Positions 51,670 through 62,559 of a DNA stretch of 64,000 bases are shown here, piece by piece. Source of the DNA: an uncultured delta proteobacterium (GTDB lineage: Bacteria > Desulfobacterota > Binatia > JACPRU01); assembly GCA_963745025.1 (NCBI GenBank), contig CAVUWD010000018.1:32001-96000 (forward strand), read 5' to 3'. The notes under the pieces were generated by a model. The model did not search any database. It was not told the origin of the DNA and worked only from the letters and a program-made list of their open reading frames with translations. The first letter of the stretch is position 1. Each line of letters starts with the position of its first letter. The translations under genes and the position numbers were made by a program.

Positions 51670-52395
51670 ATGAGTGAACGACCGATCGCGCTCGTCACCG
51701 GCGGCGCCGGCGGTATCGGCGCCGCTTGCTGTCGCGCGCTCGCGCAGGAAGGCATTTGCGTCGGCGTCGGCTACCGCTCGAGCGCGGATGCCGCACGGAA
51801 GCTCTGCGAGGAGATCGACGGCTTCCCCGTCCCGGGAGACATCGCGGTGGTCGAGGACGTCGAGCGGATGATCGCGACGATCAAGGAGACGGCGGGCCGG
51901 CTCGACGTGCTGGTGAACAACGCGGCGCTCAACGTCAACGGCGCGTTCATGATGATGGCGCTCGAGGACATCGATCGGGTGCGGGCGGTGACGCGCGGTA
52001 CGATTCTCCTCACCAAGCTCGCCATCCGCCGCTTCATGTTCCGCCAAAAGAGCGGGCGGATCATCAACATCTCGAGCGTCGTCGGCCACCAGGGAAACGC
52101 GGGCCAGGTTCCCTATACGATGGAGAAGGCCGGTCTCGATGCGATGACTCGCTCGCTCGCGCTCGAGCTCACGGACCGCGGAATCCTCGTCAATTCGGTG
52201 GCGCCGGGCTTCATCGATACCGCCATGACCGCCGAGCTGCCGGCCGAGATCAAGGAGACGATCCTCAAGCAGATCCCGCTTGGACGGATGGGCAAGCCCG
52301 AGGAGGTCGCGGAGGTCGTGGCGTTCCTCGCCACCAAGGGATCGTACGTGACCGGGACCGTGATCCACGTGAACGGCGGGCTCTATCGAAGCTGA
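51670..52395 (+). CDS. fabG: 3-oxoacyl-ACP reductase (SDR)
   Basis: TGGAGGIG, GNAGQVPYTMEK, APGFIDT. Confidence 0.85.
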   Translation: MSERPIALVTGGAGGIGAACCRALAQEGICVGVGYRSSADAARKLCEEIDGFPVPGDIAVVEDVERMIATIKETAGRLDVLVNNAALNVNGAFMMMALEDIDRVRAVTRGTILLTKLAIRRFMFRQKSGRIINISSVVGHQGNAGQVPYTMEKAGLDAMTRSLALELTDRGILVNSVAPGFIDTAMTAELPAEIKETILKQIPLGRMGKPEEVAEVVAFLATKGSYVTGTVIHVNGGLYRS

Positions 52396-52588
52396 GGCCG
52401 CTTCACCGCCGCGTGCCCAATTGGATCAAAAGCCGCCCGCCTTCGGACATCCCGGCATTCGACGCCGAGGTCACCGCCCTCTTCGGGGAGCATCGCCGCC
52501 ACCCGCCAAAGCCCGCCGGCGAAGGCATCGCACCGTGCGTCGGCCGGTAGCCAGCGCGGGGATCCTCGAAGCTAGGTCGGCCGCAATC

Positions 52589-52876
52589 TCACGCAACGCC
52601 CAGCTTGATGCGCTTGGAGTCGCTCTCGTCGTGCTCGTTCGGGCCGCCGGCGCACGCTTCCGAGATCCAACGGCTGGTGATCGCGTCCTGCAGCGCCGGG
52701 AAGCTTCGCCCCTTGCCGACCGCCCATGTTCGACGCGCCGTGGAGTCGAACTTGAACCTCCTACCGCAGTTCCGGCACACGAACAGCTGCCCGGGCTGGC
52801 CACCGTTCACGAGAACTCCGTCGTCGAAGTCGTGTGTGCGTAGCGGGCTGTAGGATTTCCACGGATATTTACCCAT
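52589..52876 (-). CDS. Small hypothetical protein with CxxC
   Basis: GAGGAG RBS; FVCRNCGRRF. Confidence 0.6.
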   Translation of the reverse strand: MGKYPWKSYSPLRTHDFDDGVLVNGGQPGQLFVCRNCGRRFKFDSTARRTWAVGKGRSFPALQDAITSRWISEACAGGPNEHDESDSKRIKLGVA

Positions 52877-52888
52877 CTTCGTTTCTCC

Positions 52889-53179
52889 TCACATCCAGGT
52901 CCCGAGCGGCGCGTGATGCATCGGCGTGCTGCAGCGAGGACACGGAACGGCGGTCGATAGACCCTCGAGGATCGTCAGAGGGGCGTTGCAGTTGCCGCAT
53001 CGACGCTCGCTCCGGTCTAGATTTCTCTCGGTGAGATCGACGACGCCGAGCGTCTTGCACGGGTTGCAGGAAGCCAGCGCGCCCCAAAAACTCTGGCGGC
53101 CAGCTTTTCCCCAGCCTACGGAGAGCTGCCCGCTGGTGAATGCGCACGCGGCGCAGCGATATTCGACTACCGATCCCAT
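52889..53179 (-). CDS. Zinc-ribbon protein with four CxxC motifs
   Basis: GGAGG RBS; CAAC, CNPC, CGNC, CPRC. Confidence 0.7.
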   Translation of the reverse strand: MGSVVEYRCAACAFTSGQLSVGWGKAGRQSFWGALASCNPCKTLGVVDLTERNLDRSERRCGNCNAPLTILEGLSTAVPCPRCSTPMHHAPLGTWM

Positions 53180-53230
53180 GATGCCCTCCTAGTGGCGGTC
53201 AACGTAGCGGGAGCTCTTCGGTGCCCGCGC

Positions 53231-53434
53231 TCATGAGGGTCGACGACCCGAGCCTGCGAACCTCGTGCCTCCGAAGCGCGCGACCAGTTGCTCGAGTCTG
53301 CGGCGCACGTCGATTGGAGCCTGGCCCGAGGCCAGCCATATGCGCATCTTCCCCACATAGTCGTTGCAGGCTCTTGGGTTCTCCGCTCGACGCAGCACAC
53401 TCTCGATCTTCGTTAGCTCGTTGATCGACACCAT
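53231..53434 (-). CDS. Small hypothetical protein
   Basis: MVSINELTKIESVLRRAE..., protein-like composition. Confidence 0.4.
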   Translation of the reverse strand: MVSINELTKIESVLRRAENPRACNDYVGKMRIWLASGQAPIDVRRRLEQLVARFGGTRFAGSGRRPS

Positions 53435-53775
53435 CCGCGTTTTCCTTCCCGACCGTGACGAGATCGCATTCTGCGTCGATCTGCCGTCGAACAGCCGCAA
53501 GCGCGTAGAAACAAATCCACTCCCTATCGGGCGGGCGCTCCGTCCGATATTCAGGTTGGTTTCTTCCAGCAACGGCACCTGTGACCGTTACCGAGACTTC
53601 CTGAGAGTGGGGTGCGGGAGTGCGGGTTCCGTCGAGTCTGAATTCTCGCGCCGGACAGTCAGGTATAGTATGTCAACGTACCACCGATCGGGCGTAGGTG
53701 CAATTGGACGGCGCGGTCCATAACTCCGCCTTTAGGGCCAGTACGCCGAGCCCGGAGGAGTCGGCTGCTCTCTAG

Positions 53776-54129
53776 CTATGCGGCTCGCTTCCGGCTCCTA
53801 GCGGCTTCGCGGAACTCAACCCTGATCTCCGCCCCGAGTGCGACCGCCGCGCGCACCAGGGTCCGCAGCTCGATGTTCCGCGGCGTCGTCGACTCGAGCT
53901 GCGCGATGAGCGGCTGGCTCACGCCCATGAGATTCGCGAGCTGCTTCTGAGTGATCCCGCGCTTCTCGCGAAGACGGATCAGGTCGTTCCGGATGAGGAT
54001 CCTCGCCAGCATCTCGTCGACTCGTCGTCGGGCCGCAGCATTGTCCTTGGTGGCGAGCGCGTCGAGCCGCTGGATCACGTCGCCGGCGGTCCGAGCCTTC
54101 GTTCGGGAAGATCGCTTCTTGTTCGTCAT
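53776..54129 (-). CDS. XRE/Cro HTH antitoxin
   Basis: REKRGITQKQLANLMGVSQPLIAQLES; GAGG RBS. Confidence 0.88.
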   Translation of the reverse strand: MTNKKRSSRTKARTAGDVIQRLDALATKDNAAARRRVDEMLARILIRNDLIRLREKRGITQKQLANLMGVSQPLIAQLESTTPRNIELRTLVRAAVALGAEIRVEFREAARSRKRAA

Positions 54130-54140
54130 GGTGTTTCCTC

Positions 54141-54509
54141 TCACTCGACGCTGTCCATGCGGCGTCGCACTCGTTTCAGCACATCGGCCGGGATGTCCAT
54201 CCGCTTTTTCATGATGCCCTCGAGGAGCACGATCCGACGACCTCGGAAGCAGTAGAAAATTCGTATCTGCGCCCCACGAAGCTCGTAGAGGCCTCCGCCG
54301 AGGTTCTTCGCGTTCGGCATCCCCAGGTCCGCGCCGCGCTCACCCAGCGCCCTCACCAGCACCGCCGCTTCCTCCCGGTCGCGTTGGGCGAGCTCCGCAG
54401 CAAACGTCGTGATCGCGAGGTCGCCACGGGCGCTCTGAAATTCCTCAACCGTCCAGGATTCGCGCTCCTTCTCCGCCGCCTTCTTCTTGTCCCGGCGTCC
54501 CTTCGCCAC
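54141..54509 (-). CDS. RelE/ParE (Gp49-like) toxin
   Basis: LGMPNAKNLGGGLYELR..IRIFYCF..IVLL.GIMKK. Confidence 0.88.
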   Translation of the reverse strand: MAKGRRDKKKAAEKERESWTVEEFQSARGDLAITTFAAELAQRDREEAAVLVRALGERGADLGMPNAKNLGGGLYELRGAQIRIFYCFRGRRIVLLEGIMKKRMDIPADVLKRVRRRMDSVE

Positions 54510-54516
54510 TCCCGGA

Positions 54517-54546
54517 AGAATAAGTCTAGGCTAATGCAGAAGTCAA
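54517..54546 (-). promoter_or_regulatory. Sigma70 promoter of the TA operon
   Basis: TTGACT-18 nt-TATTCT, 7 nt before the GTG start. Confidence 0.6.
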
Positions 54547-54913
54547 TACGATAGACCTTATACCGTTCAGCTTCCCCTATGAACGTCGAGGGCGAGGCGG
54601 CTTGGGAATCACCCGGCCGGCCGTCGATTCCGCCCGCACCTACTTCCGGCGAGGCTGCGTATGTCTTGGCAGAAGAGACCCAGCGCCAGTCCGACCTCGA
54701 TGAGCCGCTCGGAAGGTCTGCTTTGGGGAACACTTGAAAAGAGGGCGTCTCGTAAGGAGGCGGAGAGGTAGCAGCGGACGATTGGTTTGCGATGTCGGCT
54801 CGTTCGACGCGGTCCGGGCAACGCCTTGGCACCGTTCGCCGTTTGATCGGCGATCGGCGTCTCCTATACGCTCCGGCCACAGCCCTTGGCCAAGGGTACG
54901 GGAGAGATGAACA

Positions 54914-55234
54914 ATGCCGATACGGAGCGCCGCCGTCGGTACGAGCATCGAGCCGGCGCGACTAGAAGTAAGCACGCGCCTCACTCAGGCGTACGCAGCT
55001 GGGCTCGCCGACTGTAGCCCGCGCTATCTCGACGACGCCGGAGAGCTCGGCGTGATCGCGCCTCCGCCCTTCTGCGTCTCGGTCGAGTGGCCGGTGTTCC
55101 TGGCACTGAGCGAGATGGAGGTGCTCGGCGCCAACCGCGAGGATCGCCTGCGCGGCGTGCACGCGCTGCAGGATTCGACGTTCCGGCGCCCGATCCGTCC
55201 GGGCGATGTTCTCGTCACCACGGCGAAAATCGTC
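54914..55234 (+). pseudogene. MaoC/hotdog dehydratase N-terminal fragment
   Basis: APPPFCVSVEWP...GVHALQDSTFRRPIRPGD; continues into the antisense of another gene. Confidence 0.75.
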
Positions 55235-55669
55235 GTAGACGTGCGGCGCCTGCGCCCCGGAATTGAATATGATCTCGTTGTCCCACGTATCCCGGATTGT
55301 CAGATGGGCGATCGTGGTGTTTCGCGAGTTCGACCAGATGCCGAACGGCACGCTCGCACTGGACGTATCCATTCCCTTTCCCGCCAGAACGACGCCGGTG
55401 CATCCCGAGGTGCCGCGGATCGTGACGTTGTCCTTCCCGTTGATGTAGAGCGAGCTCGCGAGGTTGTACGTGCCGTCGGCGATCAGGACCGTATCTCCGG
55501 GTTGAAGATTGTTCATCGCGGCTTGCAGAGCCGGCTCAGTCGCGACGTTGACGACACGAGTGCCTGCTAGAGGTAGCGCCGGCGCGTTACACGCGGTCTG
55601 GGCAAAACCGACTCCAAGAGGCTGAAGACTCGCGATCGACGTCACGAACAGCGCGGCCGCATACTTCAT
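55235..55669 (-). pseudogene. Secreted right-handed beta-helix (pectin-lyase-like) protein, truncated
   Basis: Signal peptide; LQAAMNNLQPGDTVLIADGTY, NVTIRG, TIAHLTI. Confidence 0.75.
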
Positions 55670-55826
55670 CCAGAGTATGGTACGTTACCGCGTCGCTGTT
55701 TCACCAGCGGTACGGGGAGAGCCGGAAGGAATTGAGGAAGATCGCGCCATGCGTGGACGGCCCGGGTGAGCTCCGCCATCTTCCGTTGATGATCGACCGC
55801 GGCCTTGGCTCCGGCGGTCTTGGTGA

Positions 55827-57050
<1,224 letters not shown>

Positions 57051-57156
57051 GTAATTCTGCTCGCCGACCTGCTCGGTCAGCTGCGACAGGAGCCAAAAAG
57101 ACCGAACCAGATCCAAGGAAATGGCAGTGCCGGTATCCGAGATCCAACTTCGGGCG

Positions 57157-57355
57157 CTAGGAGCCTGTCGGAGAAAAATCCACGGGGCGTGGATAGGTCA
57201 AGGGTGTGAAGAGTGGTAGAAGGGGCGCCGAGCGGAGGTGGGGAGGATGGAGAGGACGTACCGCCCGTACGAAGTGAACCAGCGGCTCTTGTTGCCGCCG
57301 GACCTGCGGGAGTGGGTGCCCGAAGGGCACTTGGCTCTGTTCATCCTGAACATCC
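57157..57355 (+). mobile_element. IS1182-like left end with truncated transposase
   Basis: CTAG-GAGCCTGTCGGA end; YRPYEVNQRLLLPPDLREWVPEGHLALFI. Confidence 0.8.
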
Positions 57356-57440
57356 TGGCGACCTCGAGTAGGTTGGCCCGGATCCCGATATCCCTGCCAG
57401 CGCAGGCGTGCCCGGCCCGCCCTCGGCCCAGTTCGCCAGC

Positions 57441-58787
57441 ATGAGCGAGCGACGGCGCCGGCTCGTGGACGTCACCCTACCCCCGTGGCGCAAGGTCGCG
57501 GCCGGGCTTTGGAACCTCCTCCCGCTGCCCTTCGAGCGGATGGCCGTGCGGATCGAGGACGCGGATAGTGCCCAGACACCCACGGAGGATCCGGCCCTCA
57601 ACAAGATCTGTGATCGCAGCGACTGGGACCATCCCGCCTGGCGTCAGGCGTTGAAGGACCTCGGCTACGTCCCCGATCCGGCTCGTCTCCATCGGAAGGA
57701 GTGGGAGTTCGCTCACGCGGTGTACGGTCTGCGGAGGCTTCGGTGTCTCTCCCCGGACGCCACCGCCCTCGGCCTCGGCGCGGGGACCGAGCCGATCATC
57801 TTCTTCCTGGCCGGCCGCCTGCGGCACGTGGTGGCCACCGACGTCTACGCCGGGGCCTTCAGCGGGCAAGAAGCCGATCCGCGTATGCTCCGGGATCCGG
57901 AGGCGTTCGCGCTTGTCTCCTACCATCGTGATCGGCTCGAGGTGCGCCGGATGGACGCGACGGCGATCGACTATCCACCGGAGTCGTTCGACTTGGTTTT
58001 CTCGTTCTCCTCGTTCGAGCACTTCGGCTCTAGGCGGGCGCAACGGGCGTGCCTGGCCGCGATCCACCGGGTCCTCCGCCCCGGAGGCGTGGCCGTGCTG
58101 ACGACCGAGGTGATCCTTAATGTCTGGGGGCGCCACGGCGACTACTTCCACCGAGCAGAGCTACTCGACGACCTCATTCCGCGTGCCGGCTTCCGCCTCG
58201 CCGACGGCGACTTTCGCTTCGCCACCAGCCGGGCGACCTTCGAAGGTCTGGTCCAGCTGCCGAGCGAGATCGAACGGCGGCCCCACCTGGTCCTGCGCCG
58301 CTGGCGCACCTACTTCACGTCGGCCGCCTTTTTCCTGGAGAAACCCGTCTCCCCGGGAACCCCGAAGACGCGCTGCGCGGCGCGCGGCGAGGAGGTCGCG
58401 GTCGGCCTGCCACCCCTCCTGTGTGCGCGGCTCACGCCGACAACGACGCAGACGTCCGTCTCTCGCTCGGCCCGGTACACGCTGACGTGCCGCGTCGAAA
58501 ATACTGGGCACGCGACGTGGCCGCAGTCGTCGCCGGATGGCTTCGGGATGGTTCGCCTGGGCGCCCACCTCGTCACCCCCGAGGGCGCGTCCTTCATCCA
58601 GGACTATGGCCGGGCCGATCTTCCTCGGGATCTCGCGCCGGGTGCCTCGGCGGTCATCACCATCGAGCTCCGTTCGCCAGGCGAGCCCGGGCACTACCAG
58701 GTGGAGCTGGACATGGTCCGGGAGAGAGTCGCCTGGTTCTCGAGCCGCGAGCCATCGAGCGCCACGGTGTCGCTGACGGTGACGTGA
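57441..58787 (+). CDS. Class I SAM methyltransferase with C-terminal Ig-like domain
   Basis: HRKEWE, LGLGAG, FDLVFSFSSFEHFG; VENTG...PGEPGHYQVELDMVRE. Confidence 0.85.
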   Translation: MSERRRRLVDVTLPPWRKVAAGLWNLLPLPFERMAVRIEDADSAQTPTEDPALNKICDRSDWDHPAWRQALKDLGYVPDPARLHRKEWEFAHAVYGLRRLRCLSPDATALGLGAGTEPIIFFLAGRLRHVVATDVYAGAFSGQEADPRMLRDPEAFALVSYHRDRLEVRRMDATAIDYPPESFDLVFSFSSFEHFGSRRAQRACLAAIHRVLRPGGVAVLTTEVILNVWGRHGDYFHRAELLDDLIPRAGFRLADGDFRFATSRATFEGLVQLPSEIERRPHLVLRRWRTYFTSAAFFLEKPVSPGTPKTRCAARGEEVAVGLPPLLCARLTPTTTQTSVSRSARYTLTCRVENTGHATWPQSSPDGFGMVRLGAHLVTPEGASFIQDYGRADLPRDLAPGASAVITIELRSPGEPGHYQVELDMVRERVAWFSSREPSSATVSLTVT

Positions 58788-59220
58788 CCCCGTCGGTCGC
58801 CTGCTAGCGCTCGGCTGGGTGTGCGGCCCTTACGCCAGGCTGACATGGTGCAAGATCCGGACTACCCATGGACCTCACCGGGGCTGCCCTGAGCTTTGAC
58901 CGTGTCGCGCATCGGGCAGCCGACGCGTCCCAACGGCGGGGCTGTTGCGGTGCCGGTCGCGGGCACGCTATTGTCCACCTCCGCCTGGCACCCGCCGGTC
59001 ACCGTGTGAATGTGAACGATCCCTCGCGTCTGCCTCATCTCCGGACGCCATCGATGAGAACGTCCGCCGATCACTCATTTCCACACCTCCTCACACCTCG
59101 ATCGACCGATCGTTCTCTACCAGAATCGATCAAGTTGTGCAGAGGTTCACTAGAGTGACGTTCTCCGTCTCGCAAGGGGTGACCAGCCGCGCGTCAGGTC
59201 CGTCGTTCGCCGCCTTCACA

Positions 59221-59991
59221 ATGATAGCGGCCCTCGTGCGCCACCGCTCGCTCGTGCTTGCGCTGCTTGAGCGTGAGCTGAAGGTTCGCTACCGCGGGTC
59301 GATACTCGGCTTCGTATGGACCTTCCTGAACCCTTTGTTGTTGATGGCGGTCTACGCCCTGGTGTTTCGCTACTACATGCGGATCGCGGTGCCGAATTAC
59401 GCGCTCTTCTTGCTTGCCGGCTTGCTGCCGTGGACGTGGTTCGCGTCTTCGCTCGCCGGTGGCACCAACGCCATCGTCGGCGGCAGCTCCCTCGTCACCA
59501 AATCGATGTTTCCCAGTGAGATCCTGCCCGCCGTGGTCGTGTTCTCCAACATGGTGAACTTCGCCCTGAGCATCCCGCTTCTAGCCCTCGTTGGCTGGGC
59601 CTACGGCGTCTCGTTCAGCCCGGTCGCCTGGCTGTGGCTATTGCCGGTGATGGTACTCCAATGTGTGTTCACGCTCGGCCTCGTGCTGTCACTCGCCGCC
59701 CTGAACGTGCTCTATCGGGATGTGCAGCACGTGGTGACAAATGTGCTCCTGTTGTGGTTTTTCCTGACTCCGATCGTCTACCCTGCCTCGCAAGTTCCGG
59801 AGCGGCTGCATCCGCTCCTCTGGATGAACCCTGTGGCGCTGTGCACCGAAATCTACCGGGACATTTTCGTCACCCCGGCATGGCCGGACCTCAGAGCCAT
59901 CGGCTTGATGACGATCTACGCGCTCGCCTCGATCCTCGTGGGGGCGAAGATCTTCGATGGCTACCGCGACACCTTTCCCGAACTCGTCTGA
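59221..59991 (+). CDS. ABC-2 polysaccharide export permease (Wzm-like)
   Basis: ELKVRYRGSILGFVWTFLNPL, YRDVQH, TPIVYP. Confidence 0.92.
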   Translation: MIAALVRHRSLVLALLERELKVRYRGSILGFVWTFLNPLLLMAVYALVFRYYMRIAVPNYALFLLAGLLPWTWFASSLAGGTNAIVGGSSLVTKSMFPSEILPAVVVFSNMVNFALSIPLLALVGWAYGVSFSPVAWLWLLPVMVLQCVFTLGLVLSLAALNVLYRDVQHVVTNVLLLWFFLTPIVYPASQVPERLHPLLWMNPVALCTEIYRDIFVTPAWPDLRAIGLMTIYALASILVGAKIFDGYRDTFPELV

Positions 59992-60232
59992 CGCCGGTTG
60001 CCCAGACTCTGGAGCTCTCCGGGCGGACCATCACGGCGCCGGCGACGAGCACGCGAGCAGCCAGGACGGCCAACCTGGTGCTCTGCAGGCGCACGAAGTG
60101 GCGACGCCGCGAGACCTCCCGGCGGGGAACGTGGACGATCAAGCGCAGGGCTCTCTATGGCACGAAGCGCTATCTCGGTGACTCAGCCTCACCGATCAGG
60201 ACTGCTGAGGGGCGGTCCAAGGGGAGTGGCTC

Positions 60233-61060
60233 TCACGGTTCTTGTTTCGTCCGAGGCGCTCCAGCATGCGCGGGTGCGCGAGACTCTCGAGGCGGCGAGT
60301 ATCGTGGATCGGCGCAGAGATCTGGCTGCGCGACGTAGGGATTGAATCGCACGCGCTCGGGATCCCAGAATCCCTTCCGGGCGTCGAAGTCCTGGAGGAA
60401 CTGACCTGTCCACCAAGCGTAAGAAGAAACGTAGACCGTTGGCCCGGGGTGGAGGCTGTAATCGTCGGAGGAACTCTCGTAGTACTTTCCGCCCGCCATC
60501 GTTGTCGTATCTGATCGTTCTGCTTCGTTCGGGCCCGTCTTCAGAAGGCCACCCGCGGCGTTCCTTCGCCAGTATGTTGTGCACGCCCAGTTGAGGCGAT
60601 TGAGGACCTTGCAGTTCTCAAGCGTCCGCCATTCCCTGGGATGTGGGGCGATCCAACCGTGGTCAAACGTGATCCAGACTTGCTGCCGCTTCACATCGGC
60701 GAAAAAGGTTTCGGGGTCGAGCGGTACGCCGAGCTTCCCGCAGCATTGGCCGTTGAGTGATCGCCCGTCACATAGGACAAGATACACGCGTACCTGATTG
60801 ATCAGCGGACCAACGACGCTGTTGAAGAGCAGGTCTTCGAACATTTCCCATGCGGCGGTCGATAAAGGTACGAGAATCGGCAACGCCACAAGCGCGGCCC
60901 ATGCGAGGCGCCTTCGCTTCTTCCATAGCGTCGCAAAGGCAACGATCGCGGCGACAAGGACTAGGAAGAAGGCCAAGAGATGCCGAACAACGCCGATGAC
61001 GCCGATCCAGAACAGCCCAGAAGCCAGTGTGAGCAAGTCTCTCAACGTCTCAGTCATCCA
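60233..61060 (-). CDS. Membrane-anchored hypothetical protein
   Basis: Three N-terminal TM segments followed by a soluble domain; lower GC. Confidence 0.55.
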   Translation of the reverse strand, partial: WMTETLRDLLTLASGLFWIGVIGVVRHLLAFFLVLVAAIVAFATLWKKRRRLAWAALVALPILVPLSTAAWEMFEDLLFNSVVGPLINQVRVYLVLCDGRSLNGQCCGKLGVPLDPETFFADVKRQQVWITFDHGWIAPHPREWRTLENCKVLNRLNWACTTYWRRNAAGGLLKTGPNEAERSDTTTMAGGKYYESSSDDYSLHPGPTVYVSSYAWWTGQFLQDFDARKGFWDPERVRFNPYVAQPDLCADPRYSPPRESRAPAHAGAPRTKQEP

Positions 61061-61369
61061 CGGTGACCCGCTCAATCGAAGGCATGGACAAAGCCGGACT
61101 CGTCAAGGAAGACTTATTAATAGGTGACTTTTGCCCGCATGGGTCAGGGCGTGGCTGTGACCTCCGGCTAACACCTCCATGCCGAAACGGGCAGATCCCC
61201 GCAAGCCTTGCGGGCAGAAGGGCTCGCGAGCATCCCCCGCCGGTTTAGTGGCGAGAAGATAGCTGCGAGCAACCTGCGACGCGACTGGAGAGTCCCGCGA
61301 GCGAAGCTACGCGGGGGTCTTGAGAGTTCTTGCGCTTGGGATAGGAGCGGTGGATCGGGAGTCGAATGA

Positions 61370-62503
61370 ATGTTCACGCCTCTGCGGAAATGGCTTACGA
61401 ACATTGCCCTCATCGCCGTCTCGTTGCTCCTCGTTTTGGTCCTAGTCGAGTTCTGTGTTCGACGCGCACGTACCCTCGAAAGTCTGTTCGATCCGCTCAG
61501 ATATGAGCCCGAAGCCGCTTCGATGGGCTGGAAGCGCTGCTTCGTGCGTGACTATGCAAAACTCAAAAGGAAGGGGCGTATTGGAGACGACCTCGGCGGA
61601 TATGTCTACGACCCCGACCTTGGATGGGACACTCCGCAGCATGTCCACGGACTTCATGAATACCATGTCGATAAGCCGTCCGGCGTGTTTCGGGTGGTCG
61701 TGACTGGCGACTCCTACACGTACGGCGCCGAAGTCCGCGACGACGAGACCTACCCGTGTCGTCTTGAAACGCTTGTGCGAAACGGAGAGGTCGTGAATCT
61801 GGGCGTCCGCGCGTATGGCATAGATCAGGCGGTCCTCAAGTACTTAAAGTATGGCCGCGCCTACAGCCCGGATTTGCTGATTGTCGCGATCTGGGGACCC
61901 GACTATTTGCGAGTACCCCTTACATTCTATCGCTTCGCCAAACCCGCTTACGTCATCGATCCCAAAACACACGCGCTTACCCTGACCAACATACCGATCC
62001 CTCCACCGGAAGAAACCTACCGGAAGCTAAAGGGCGAGCTCGGACCATTTTCCTATGCGTATGCCCTGCTACGAGAAGCATATCGGCTGAAGTTCGGTGA
62101 AGACCGTGGCCTCGAGACTTACTACGAAAAGTGGGATCCAGTCATCGAAGCAATCCTTGATCACCTGGTCGATGTAGCCAAACAGGATGGTACGCCGGTT
62201 CTCTTTGTTCTGATTGAGAGCGGCGAGGAGTTCCGAAGCGACGAAGCGATCGCCAACAAATGCTGCGAGCGCGAACACCTGCTGAAAATCTTCCAGCGCC
62301 TGCCAGTCGCCGCGATCGATTTAGGAGACGCGCTTCTGAAGCGCTATCCTCGAAATGTCGTGTACAAAGACATGTATATCTATCATGACGGCATCCCGAA
62401 GGGGCACTTTACACCGTTCGGCAACGAAGCCGTCGCACGGGTGATCGGCGACTATATCCATCAAGAGTTCGGGGTCGAGATTGCCGGCGCACCTCCAACT
62501 TGA
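61370..62503 (+). CDS. SGNH/GDSL hydrolase-family protein
   Basis: TGDSYTYG, NLGVRAYG, GHFTPFGN. Confidence 0.85.
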   Translation: MFTPLRKWLTNIALIAVSLLLVLVLVEFCVRRARTLESLFDPLRYEPEAASMGWKRCFVRDYAKLKRKGRIGDDLGGYVYDPDLGWDTPQHVHGLHEYHVDKPSGVFRVVVTGDSYTYGAEVRDDETYPCRLETLVRNGEVVNLGVRAYGIDQAVLKYLKYGRAYSPDLLIVAIWGPDYLRVPLTFYRFAKPAYVIDPKTHALTLTNIPIPPPEETYRKLKGELGPFSYAYALLREAYRLKFGEDRGLETYYEKWDPVIEAILDHLVDVAKQDGTPVLFVLIESGEEFRSDEAIANKCCEREHLLKIFQRLPVAAIDLGDALLKRYPRNVVYKDMYIYHDGIPKGHFTPFGNEAVARVIGDYIHQEFGVEIAGAPPT

Positions 62504-62559
62504 TTTTGTTGCTCGTCGGTCTCGCATTGGCCTTCACCTGAAGGGAGTCACGCCGTCGC

